The notes under the pieces: generated by a model | Database searches by the model: none | Told to the model about the DNA's origin: nothing | What the model saw: only the letters and a program-made list of their open reading frames with translations | Translations under genes and position numbers: made by a program | Assembly: GCA_963664195.1 (NCBI GenBank) | Contig: OY760907.1 | Span: forward strand, 3,168,001 to 3,232,000 | DNA length: 64,000 nt | Reading direction: 5' to 3' | DNA from: an uncultured candidate division Zixibacteria bacterium | GTDB taxonomy: Bacteria > Zixibacteria > MSB-5A5 > GN15 > FEB-12 | In this document: positions 40,293 through 49,676 of the stretch, piece by piece | How positions within the stretch are numbered: the stretch's first letter is position 1 | Layout of the letters: each line of letters starts with the position of its first letter

Positions 40293-40871
40293 TTACTTGA
40301 TCTCTTCAAATGAAGTGGCCTGGAGGCTGTAAAACGCCAGATATCCGTGCTCGCTCTCGGCGACCTGCTTGCGCATCTCTTCGATCTGTGCCTTGGCAGC
40401 CTCGTCCTGCTGAGCCTGGGCTTCAGTGTCAACACTTTCAGCAGCCTCAGCGACTTTCTCCTGTCCCTTGGCGGCGGCATTCTCGATGCTCTGCTTCTCG
40501 GCGGCGCAGGCTTCGCCTTCCCAGTTGTCCAGGTATTCCTTGTCGACCTTCAGAACCTCGACGATACCTTCAACACGTATTTTGCTGCCTTCCAGCGCAA
40601 TATCAAAAGTGCCAATCTCCGGCCCGGCTTCGACTTTGATGGTCGTTTCCGGATCGTCTCCGATGAGGAAGAGGCGCTTCCCGCTGTGCTTGCAGACGTG
40701 GTTCACGGTGCCGGTGATGGCAAGGGTCTGGCCCACGAAACCTTCGGCTTTGGCATCAAAGTCGGCGACGGCGACCGTGGTCACTTCGGCAGCCTTTTCT
40801 TTAGTCTGGTCGGCTCCGCAAGAGACGATGAAAAGAGCGGCCATAATCAGTAGAAGGGAAGTTTTTAGCAT
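40293..40871 (-). CDS. putative lipoprotein with OB-fold-like domain
   Basis: Lipobox IVSC; GTVNHVCKHSGKRLFL; commonly paired with PepSY-TM genes. Confidence 0.7.
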   Translation of the reverse strand: MLKTSLLLIMAALFIVSCGADQTKEKAAEVTTVAVADFDAKAEGFVGQTLAITGTVNHVCKHSGKRLFLIGDDPETTIKVEAGPEIGTFDIALEGSKIRVEGIVEVLKVDKEYLDNWEGEACAAEKQSIENAAAKGQEKVAEAAESVDTEAQAQQDEAAKAQIEEMRKQVAESEHGYLAFYSLQATSFEEIK

Positions 40872-43074
40872 GTTTTCTCCTGTCCGTATGTTTGAATCGT
40901 TTAGTCGCTGCAACAAGGTGATCGGCACTCGGTGCTGGGGTCAGACGAGGACAGCACAGTACTTCTGCGAGTAACACATCACACTGCGAAGGAAAGTATG
41001 TCTGAGGTCACATTCTGTCAACGGGTTATTGTTCTTCTTGTGCGCGGGGGAGAGCATTGACCATAGTCTATTCAGGCTCCAGTTCTTCCGCTTCCAGCAG
41101 TTTTCCTACAAACAGGCACGAGTTCTTCACGAAGAAGACAACCGGCAGATCGCCAACCAACGATTCAAGGCGCTTCACATATTCCAATTCATCACCAACC
41201 TCGGGTACTGCCAGACCAAGGAACACCGCGTCTGCCGTCTCACTACGTGATTGTATTAGCTCGCCAATGCTCTTGTCCTCAGGCTTTATGAACACATCGC
41301 AATCGGCCTCAATGCGAATATCCGTAAGCATAGCCTCCAGATATCGCTCGGTGTTTTTCTGAGCGAATTCATTCGATGCGGCGCAAAGGATCTTAAGGTC
41401 GGAACCGCGCCACTCCGGATTTCGAGTTAGCAGGTAAGCCAGGAGAAGCATCAAATCCCCGTTCTGTCTGAGTCCACCCCACCACACGTGGATCTCTCGT
41501 TTGGCTTTGCGAACCGGGAAGATGAGCTGCGGGTTGATTTTTCCTATCACGACGGACTTCTGGATTTTCTCAAGCCTGCGGGTCGTCACAAGGAAGTCGC
41601 ACATCCTGTTGGGATCCTTGGGCCAGCCCAGGACAATCGTGTTGCTTGAGAATCCAGCGATCCCGTTGGCCTGAGATACGTCCGCTATCCCGCCAACGAT
41701 GTTCTCCACAACGTCCACTTCGGTGAAGACACTGAGGTCCTCGCTTGCCATAAGCTCTTGAGTCGCCGTTAGCTTTTCCCTGGTGTCTATCTCGTCCTGC
41801 AACAGATCACCTACAACAAGTTCACAAACGGTCACTATGCCCCGGTTCTGACTGAACCATGAGGCAAACTTTATGAGGTCAAGTTTTCGTCGGGCGTCAT
41901 CAACGAATACCAGAACGTGAGGCCGCCAGTTTCGGGCGCTCATGCTGCGATGAGACAACCGAATGAGTGCCCAGCGGAGCATCGCTTCATATAGACCCCG
42001 TCTGGCGTCGCCCCATGCCGCCAATTTCTCGCGGCGTGCGAAAAGAAGCCAGAGCATCAACTCTATGCCGATCGCCATAAGACTGGCGAGCGGACTGATC
42101 AAGAACATAACCCAGATACAGGCCAGCCCGCAGGCGATATTAACAGGCCACGGTATGCGGAATCTTGGACGCCAGGACGGATCACCACTCAGGGTTTCAA
42201 GTCCTGCGGCGAGGTTGACCGTGCCGTAAACGGTCAGGAAGAACATGGTCACGACCTTGGCAACCGCGTTTAGATCGCCCAGGAATACGGCTCCGAGGGC
42301 TATTAAACTGGCCAGCAGAAGGGCAATACGAACCCCCATCTCGCTGGAGACAAAATCGCGGAGTCGCCGGCCGACTATCTGGTCGCGGCATACGGCCTGC
42401 AGGGTACGTGGGGCTCCCAGAGCAGACCCGAGAGCCGAAGAGAGGATTGCACCCCATAATCCCGGCAGTACAAGAAAAATTCCGTACGGGGCAATCTTTA
42501 GCCATATCAGTGAGTCGGTCTGCAATTGGTCAGGATCGGCCGCTCTGGACAGCAACACCGGTATCAGCAAATACACGATTAGCCCGGTGATAGCGGCAGC
42601 AATGGCTCCCAGCGGTATTGCCTTGCTTGGATTTTTGAGGTCACCGGATAGGCTCAGACCGGCCATTACTCCCGTAACCGCCGGGAAAAACACAGCAAAA
42701 CCGACCCAGAAACCGATCTCGTTTGCCCGTGGAACGACGACAGCAACATCCTCTGGCCTTGCAGACAGCAGTGCGCCAACAGCCAGAGCACCTATGGACA
42801 GGGCTACCAGCACGAGAAGAGGGATCTGTGTCTTCAGCGCAAACCTGGCTCCATATAGCGATACCACCGACACCAGCAATATCACTAATACGCAGGCGGG
42901 AAGAAGAGGGACGTCCGGCCAGACAATTCGCAACGACTCGGCCAGACCGTAGGCGTAGAGCGTCACTGAGATTGCCTGAGAGAGAAACAGCGGAACACCG
43001 TATACTGCCCCCCATTAGTGACAAGAGGTTGTTAAGATAGTATTTTGCGGCTGGACCTTCAAAGGAGCTCAGTC

Positions 43075-43350
43075 ATGAAGCGACGTAAGTGGGATTCAAA
43101 GACGAAAGCCAAGATCGTTCTGGAAGGATTAGCAGGTCGGTCGGTTTCAGAGATTTTCAGTGAGTATCAGCTGGGTCAGACACAGTATTACCGCTGGCGT
43201 GATCAGTTTTTGGCTAAGTCTTATCATGCTTTTGATTCAGACAAAGACGGTTCAGAGATTCAGCGTTTGAAAAGAAAAGCAGCTCGGTATCAGCAGATCA
43301 TCGGTTCCCTGACGGTTGAGTTAAAAAAAACAGAGGACGAGTTAGAATGA
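43075..43350 (+). CDS. IS3 transposase OrfA (HTH)
   Basis: KAKIVLEGL...QYYRWRDQFL; AAGGAG RBS; A8 run at 43323-43330. Confidence 0.88.
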   Translation: MKRRKWDSKTKAKIVLEGLAGRSVSEIFSEYQLGQTQYYRWRDQFLAKSYHAFDSDKDGSEIQRLKRKAARYQQIIGSLTVELKKTEDELE

Positions 43351-44117
43351 GACGGCCATCGCAGTCGGTTATCTTTCGTAACGCACCTCTGGTTGAACGT
43401 ATTCGTTATATCAAGGCTGAGCATCCATTCTGGGGTTACCGTCGTACTTGGGCCTATTTGAAGTATGTTGATGGTTTAGTAGTTAATAAGAAACGAGTAT
43501 ACCGACTGATGAAGGCGCATAACCTGACCGTCCTTCCGAATCATCAGTTGAAAGCGAAGCGATTGTCCCATAGACGGAAACCTCGGCCTGATCGTCCCAA
43601 TCAATGGTGGGGGATCGACATGACCAAAGTGCTGACCGATTCCGGCTGGGTTTATGTCGTGATCGTTCTTGACTGGTACTCCAAGAAAGTTGTCGGACAT
43701 TATTCTGGAACCCAGGCGACTTCCCGTCATTGGCTGGATGCTTTGGAACGCGGCCTGAATCGTCAGTTCCCTGACGGTGTTCGAGGTCACAACTTGCATC
43801 TGATGTCTGACAATGGCTGCCAGCCGACCTCGTTGCGGTTCATGAAAGCTTGTTCTGATTTGAAAGTCGATCAGGCGTTCACCAGTTACAACAACCCGAA
43901 AGGGAATGCTGATACGGAACGGATGATGCGAACATTGAAAGAAGAACTCATGTGGCTACGTGAGTGGCCGAGTTCGACCGAACTGAAGAAGGAACTTGAT
44001 CGCTGGATCGAGTATTACAACGAGAATTACTTGCACTCGGCCTTGGGCTACCGTCCACCGAACTGGGCCGAAGAAACCTATAACATCAGCTGCGGTACTC
44101 TCTTAAAATCAGCTTGA
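43347..44117 (+). CDS. IS3 transposase OrfB (DDE integrase core)
   Basis: WGYRR, WGIDMT, SDNGCQ, NADTER, HSALGYRPP; in the -1 frame relative to orfA. Confidence 0.92.
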   Translation: MRRPSQSVIFRNAPLVERIRYIKAEHPFWGYRRTWAYLKYVDGLVVNKKRVYRLMKAHNLTVLPNHQLKAKRLSHRRKPRPDRPNQWWGIDMTKVLTDSGWVYVVIVLDWYSKKVVGHYSGTQATSRHWLDALERGLNRQFPDGVRGHNLHLMSDNGCQPTSLRFMKACSDLKVDQAFTSYNNPKGNADTERMMRTLKEELMWLREWPSSTELKKELDRWIEYYNENYLHSALGYRPPNWAEETYNISCGTLLKSA

Positions 44118-44418
44118 CTAAACGGGGGCATTACAACCGATTGCCGCCCCGACCCCCAGGCCAAGGCTGCGTGATATAATAAAATAGGCGCCTCCACCAC
44201 CAACTTTCATGTTAGTTGCCATGGATGAGAACGACAGCGTTGTAATCAGAGTGATGGCATTCGCGACGATAACAACGAGGAGCGTCTGAAACAGTCCCAG
44301 GTGACCCACGACCCACCCGAAACGGAGGTACATTATTACACCCAGGATGGTGAGAATAGTGGGCGTGTACACTCCCAGAAATGCGCCGAGATTTCCTCTT
44401 CGTTGTTTTTCCAAGCTT

Positions 44419-45387
44419 CTAGTCCTCAATATCATTCGGTTGCCTGGGCCGTACCGCAGCTGGCTCAACTCTGGCGCCGGGTTTGCCCTCCAGGGGATTG
44501 TAAAAGCGGCGCATTGTGGGATAGGCGAAATCAATATCGTCGCAGTCGGCGAAACGTGTCAGGATATCCTCCCATACTTCCTGCTCGCTTCCACGTCGTT
44601 CGCGCGGTTTGCACAGATATCTGATGGTGAGCATCACACCGCAATCCTTTACGGAAGTATAGACCGTGGGGGTCAGAGTAGTATAGAAGACCATCATTTG
44701 TGCTGATGCCTCTTTGAGTCGTTGCGCTGCCCGTTCGGTCAGGTGCTCTGCATGTTGCTTGCCGATTTCATTCAGTATCTCCTTGGCTTTCCTCCAGTTG
44801 CTCTCGAACGTTAACAGGACAGGAATCTCGTTCCAGATGTATTTGAATCCCTTGCTGTAATTGGCCAGAACTTCGTTGAAGACCCTTCCGTTGGGAATCC
44901 TGATTATTCGACCGGTAGATTGGTCCGCGTCCACCCAGTTGCCGATCTCCATAAGAGTGAATTGGAAAATCCTCAGGTCGATTACATCCCCGCGGTAACT
45001 TCCGATCTCGATTCGGTCCCCGACCGTAAAAGGCCTGCGCCACAATATGAACGCCCAGGCCGCCAGGTTGACGAGGGGGTCTCTAAGAGCAATCGCAATA
45101 CCGGCAGAGACCAGCCCCAAATAAGTTGCCAGAGACTCAAAACCGGCAAACCACACTCGGACAAGCAGGAGAAACCCGAACGTTGCGGCCACATAGGTGA
45201 TGCTCTTGCGCCAGTTATACCGGGTTCGGACATCATCCGTTTTGCCATAGACGATTCTTAGTGCCAGGAACCTCAAGACACCAAAGCCAATGATTACCAC
45301 TAGCGACGCAACGATCTTGTTAGTGGTTCCCGGATCCAAAGCTATTAGCTCAGAAAACTGTTCCAGCAAGCGGTCCATCTGATACAC
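44419..45387 (-). CDS. mscS: small-conductance mechanosensitive channel
   Basis: RPFTVGDRIEIG, GDVIDL, IPNG, DFAYPT. Confidence 0.9.
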   Translation of the reverse strand: MYQMDRLLEQFSELIALDPGTTNKIVASLVVIIGFGVLRFLALRIVYGKTDDVRTRYNWRKSITYVAATFGFLLLVRVWFAGFESLATYLGLVSAGIAIALRDPLVNLAAWAFILWRRPFTVGDRIEIGSYRGDVIDLRIFQFTLMEIGNWVDADQSTGRIIRIPNGRVFNEVLANYSKGFKYIWNEIPVLLTFESNWRKAKEILNEIGKQHAEHLTERAAQRLKEASAQMMVFYTTLTPTVYTSVKDCGVMLTIRYLCKPRERRGSEQEVWEDILTRFADCDDIDFAYPTMRRFYNPLEGKPGARVEPAAVRPRQPNDIED

Positions 45388-45601
45388 CTCGGATAGTCAT
45401 GGTTGCTTCTTGTCCATAACGTTACAACGCACGTGTATAATACAGTTATTGTGGAAAGGTGTGAAGTGTTTACCGTCCGGCACGCGATATATAGTGACAG
45501 ATTATCCCGGCTTCAATTAGCTGCTAGACTATCTCTTTGAAGGGATAAACAGCAGGCATACCGGGCGTCTGTGCAATCAGACACCTTTGGCGGGAAAGCA
45601 C

Positions 45602-45955
45602 ATGACTCAATGGTTTGTCAGGCCAGTCGATCCCATTACCTGTATTGGGAAAAGCAATTTGAAGAAGAGCAAGACGCGACAATCTGCCGTGGGTCAGTTT
45701 TTGACTGTTCTTTCAGATGCTGGCGCGGAGATGGGAAAAGAGAGAGGAGACACAGGGAGACTTCTCACCATCTTCAATCTCAAGCTTGAGTCTACGAAGA
45801 AGATCGAGAGCGCAGATTTCGTAGTTGGAGTAGGCGCGGCCGGGACAACCGATGGCCCGCTCACCGTAGTCAAGACGGCAGACCCCAACGTCACGCATCC
45901 GCTGCGACAGATGGATGTACTATCCAAGCGGAAACCGTCGGCGGGTCAAAGCTGA
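45602..45955 (+). CDS. hypothetical protein
   Basis: Only sizeable ORF in an otherwise empty interval; no recognisable motif. Confidence 0.3.
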   Translation: MTQWFVRPVDPITCIGKSNLKKSKTRQSAVGQFLTVLSDAGAEMGKERGDTGRLLTIFNLKLESTKKIESADFVVGVGAAGTTDGPLTVVKTADPNVTHPLRQMDVLSKRKPSAGQS

Positions 45956-46285
45956 CATCATACGTTCTTCAAGCGTTAGTCTGGAAACACGGCGTCAAGG
46001 CCAAGATGAATTGCTGCTGGCAGGCAAGCGAGGGCGTGTTAGCGCGATATTCAAATGACTTCGTGTTTGGTTGCAGCAGCTTTCGAGCAAGAGCGTAGCT
46101 AGCGCGATTTCGGAATACAAAAAGCACAGGAGGAGTAAGAAAAAGAAGCAGTCGGTGAAGTAGGAAGGCTCTACGGCTCTTGCCACCTACGGCGATTGCC
46201 GCCATGTCCCAACACCCTGCACTGAACGGGCGGCAGCACATCCGCCGCTCATTCAACCATCTATCCCAATCAGTAGGAGGATCAA

Positions 46286-46414
46286 ATGTCACAGAATCTG
46301 TACGATGCACATCGTCAATAGGCCGTTCGCCCACCGGATGAGCGTCTTTCGAGCCTCGCCCGGCCCCGACCGGCAAACCAGCTTCTTGCGGCTGCACGCC
46401 ATAAATCAGCATAA
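46286..46414 (+). pseudogene. remnant of a DUF932-like mobile-element gene
   Basis: AGGAGG RBS then MSQNLYDAHRQ*AVRPPDERLSSL, resembling the QW.xRPxDERFxSL N-terminal motif with TGG changed to TAG. Confidence 0.45.
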
Positions 46415-46554
46415 CAATCTGGCCCCCACTGTTATACCGGCCGTGATTGGACGTAGGCCATTCGAAAGGCTGAGACACCAGATCGAACGGCCCGCCCCTC
46501 CGAGAGGCTTTCTATCTTGCCTAACTCGAACAATATGCCTACCTTTGCCACATT

Positions 46555-46639
46555 GCCGGAGTGGTGGAATTGGTAGACACCAGGGACTTAAAATCCCTTG
46601 AACCATAGGTTCGTGCGGGTTCAAATCCCGCCTCCGGCA
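46555..46639 (+). tRNA. tRNA-Leu (anticodon TAA)
   Basis: Acceptor GCCGGAG/CTCCGGC, D-loop TGGTAGAC, anticodon arm AGGGA-CTTAAAA-TCCCT, long variable arm, GGTTCAAATCC T-arm; CCA not encoded. Confidence 0.96.
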
Positions 46640-46873
46640 CTTCTTTTGTCATTCTTCTGTCCAGATGCAGCCCAGTGGCTCAACGATGCTTACTCGACGG
46701 GAAGATAGGCGATTATAGGGCCACATTGTCCAGTTACTTACAGCCACTGATGTAGACACACGCTCAATCGCAGGATTTGCCCTTGGTTTCGGGCACAAAT
46801 ACCCTATATTTACTGTATCCTATTGTACAGGTACTGCAACTTACATCGCAAATCACTTACCGATGGGACAGAA

Positions 46874-48211
46874 ATGAAAAAGGGACTCCTTATCTTTCTG
46901 GGACTGGTTACACTGGCAATCAGCGCTCAGGCAAACGGAACAGATAAAGCAGAATACACCGGAACGATTCGGGTCTATGTCGTTGAGCCGTTTTCACGCT
47001 GGCAGGATGCCACGGCCGTGAATTATCACTTTGGGTTCCTCGATTTTGCTCTGGTCGAACCGATCTCTGTTTCCAGCGATGAGACCTGGCATCAGACGGT
47101 CGTTTTCGATGCCAATCTTGCCGGTTACCCTGATATTCAAGAAGACAACATTATGGCCACGGCGGTGGTATTCAACAGCGAGTCTGTCGTTCAGGACGCT
47201 TTCCCGCCAAACGGCAATATGTTCAACGCCTACTATGTCGACGCTGGCGCGGCAGCGTCCCCAGGTAATCCCGGACAAAACGAGGTCTACGGTGACTACA
47301 CCCACACGGTGTTTATCGAAGAAGCCTCGGAAACCGGCTGAAGTTCTTGCTCTGTAGCGCGGTCTGCGCTAGAACAGATTTATGCCTCTGGAAGCTACAA
47401 TTTCCTCTACGCGGCGTTGATTCACAATGTCAACCCGAAAGCCCGTGACCGCATAGAGATCGACCTCAATTACGGCACGACTCCGACGCTTTACTTCGAT
47501 GGCGGGTACGAAATCCTAGCGGGCGCCTCTTCTAATCTGACGCATTACCAGACGAAGATTGAAAAGTCGGGCGAACGTGCCGTTGCGGCACTTGATCTCA
47601 TCACTAGAGTGAACTGGCTCGGCAACGCTCAGATCGAAATCAACGTCGCTCTTGGCAATGAAGTGCCTGCCAACGGAGCACCGCTGTCTCCGGGATCGGT
47701 TTCGGGAGTAGCTCTTGCACGGCCCGGTATCAGCTATGATTTCGGAACGAGTGCTGTTGATCCGGACGCTGACGCGCTTCACTATCAGTTTGAATGGGAA
47801 ACCGATGCCGGGTCTATCGATACGAGTGTCTGGCTCGGACCATACCTCGCCGGAGATCCGGCATCGCAGACACTCTCGTGGGCTACAGAAGGCGACCACG
47901 ACATTCGGAGCCGGGCACGAGACATTTGGGGGGAGATCAGCGACTGGTCAACTCCAAAGACCGTAACTGTCGCGGTCGGTTGCTGCACCGGTTCTTCTGT
48001 TGGAAATGTTGATGGCTCGGTTGACAATCTCGTGACGATGGGGGATCTGTCAGTTTTGATTGACCACCTTTTCATATCTCTTTCTCCGATTCTCTGTGTT
48101 GATGAAGGAAATGTCGATATGAGCACGGATGGTCTCGTGACTATGGGAGATCTGACCATATTGATCGACCACTTGTTTATAAGCCTGACACCACTGCCTG
48201 CATGTCCCTAG
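46874..48211 (+). CDS. secreted selenoprotein 1: Omp28-like thioredoxin domain (UxxC), PKD-like domain, dockerin-like domain; Sec at codon 156 (TGA 47339-47341)
   Basis: ORFs 46823-47341 and 47417-48211 are in the same frame, separated only by one TGA in EEASETG-U-SSC; SECIS hairpin follows; signal peptide MKKGLLIFLGLVTLAISAQA; 445 aa. Confidence 0.88.
47351..47378 (+). promoter_or_regulatory. bacterial SECIS element 1
   Basis: TAGCGC-GGTCT-GCGCTA hairpin, extendable by TCTG/CAGA; 19 nt between UGA and loop. Confidence 0.85.
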
Positions 48212-48215
48212 AGTT

Positions 48216-49565
48216 ATGACGATGCTACATCATACCAAGCAGATTCTGATCGCGCTGGCTGTCCTGGCGGCGGCGAGAATAGGTGTACTTGCCGAAACGC
48301 ACTCGCGAGACGCCTATGATGGGACAGTCCGTGTCTACATTGTCGAACCAACCTCCCGCTATCAGGACGGTCAATTGACGCCGTACGATTTCGGTATGCT
48401 TGACTTTGCGCTCGTACGCGAAGTCGTTGTTCCCGACGCCTCCGTTTGGGATACCACAATTGTCTGGGAAGGTATTCCGGTCGGATTCCATGACGTTCAG
48501 CAGAACAATATCATGGCCATAGTTACCGTGTCCAATGTCGATTCGACTCTCACCGATGCCAACCCGCCGCACGGGTATCACTTCTATGCTCACTATGTTG
48601 ATGCCACCGCTGCCGCATCCGATGGCTCGCCTGGGAGGAACGAGGTCTGGGATGACTTCACGCATTCTGTCTTTGTGGAGGAGGCGAGCGAAAGTGGCTG
48701 AAGTAGCTGCCCGACAGCGCGGTCTGCGCTGAAAGAGATATTTGAATCTGGTGAATACAATTTCTACTACGCAGCCCTGGTTGGAGCTGGAAACTACGCG
48801 GCCAGCCTGCGTCTCGAAAACCAATTGAACGTTGCCGTGTATCCCACCTGCTACGCCGACGGGGGGTACGACATACTTGTGGGAGACCCCTCGGAACTGA
48901 GTTACTACCAGAACCTCATATCCGGAGCAGGGGGCAGGGCAGTGCCGCAACTTGATTTGTTGACAAACCTCACGTGGCTTGAAAGCGCCTCGGTTGAAAT
49001 CAGAGTCAGGCTGGGCAATGGTGCTTCTGCCAACTCTGCTCCGGCACCTCCGGGACAACCAATCGGTGAAGTCGACGTCGATCTTGGCACTCGCCATATC
49101 TACGGCACGGGTACGGTTGATCCTCAAGGAGACAGTCTTTCGTACCAGTTCGTCTGGGGCGATGGTGACACGAGTGTCTGGCGCGGCCCTTATCCAAGCG
49201 GCGACACTACGCTGTTATCGCACAAGTGGAATCAAACTGGAACGTTTGAGTTCCGAACCCGGGCACGCGATTTCTGGGGAGAGTTGTCTGACTGGTCCAA
49301 TCCTTTGACCGTTGTTGTGTCCGAAACCGAAGGATGCTGCACAGGCTCTTCTGTTGGTAATATTGACGGTTCTACTGATAATCTGGTGACTATGGGTGAC
49401 CTCACCGTCCTCATCGACCATCTGTTCATATCGTTGACTCCAGTGGCTTGCGTGGATGAGGCCAACGTCGACGCCAGCTCCGACGGTCTTGTGACCATGG
49501 GTGACCTGACCGTATTGATTGACCACTTGTTTATATCGCTCAATCCGTTACCTGCCTGCCCGTAG
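48216..49565 (+). CDS. secreted selenoprotein 2, paralogue of selenoprotein 1; Sec at codon 162 (TGA 48699-48701)
   Basis: ORFs 48216-48701 and 48825-49565 are in the same frame, single TGA in EEASESG-U-SSC; SECIS hairpin; signal peptide; PKD-like WGDG domain; dockerin-like C-terminus; 449 aa. Confidence 0.88.
48715..48731 (+). promoter_or_regulatory. bacterial SECIS element 2
   Basis: CAGCGC-GGTCT-GCGCTG hairpin; 19 nt between UGA and loop. Confidence 0.85.
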
Positions 49566-49608
49566 CAGGTGAGTACGCATGTAGCCGCTCACAACGGTTG
49601 ACAAACAT

Positions 49609-49658
49609 AAGGGCCTTTGGGTACACTGTACTGACAGTTCACCTGAAGGCCCTTTTCT
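49609..49658 (+). terminator. putative intrinsic terminator after the selenoprotein pair
   Basis: AAGGGCCTT...AAGGCCCTT long hairpin followed by TTCT; overlaps TTGACA-N18-TACACT, a possible promoter for the next gene. Confidence 0.55.
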
Positions 49659-49676
49659 TATGGAGTCTGGTCCGCA

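Larger units (their letters stand above)
43001..44135 (+). mobile_element. IS3-family insertion sequence, 1135 bp
   Basis: Imperfect terminal inverted repeats TATACTGCCCCCCATTAGT / TGTAATGCCCCCGTTTAGT; 4-bp target duplication ACCG (42997-43000, 44136-44139); orfA plus orfB. Confidence 0.93.
41068..44435 (-). pseudogene. cation-chloride cotransporter-like (SLC12/APC) permease interrupted by an IS
   Basis: 5' part GVYTPTILTILGVIMYLRFGW...GAAIG joins in frame to VPLFLSQAISVTLYAYG...FFPAVTG...RNWRP once 43001-44135 and one ACCG are removed. Confidence 0.92.

Noticed and set aside
46319..46321. In-frame TAG as pyrrolysine
   Set aside because: The position corresponds to an expected Trp (TGG to TAG), the ORF ends 30 codons later and no pyl genes are visible.
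46555..46700. Genomic island integrated at the tRNA-Leu 3' end
   Set aside because: I found no duplicated tRNA 3' fragment and no integrase in the window.
47339..48701. The two TGA codons as nonsense mutations, or genome-wide UGA recoding to Trp/Gly
   Set aside because: Same position in two diverged paralogues, UxxC context and SECIS hairpins argue against decay; many ordinary genes here end in TGA, so UGA is a normal stop.
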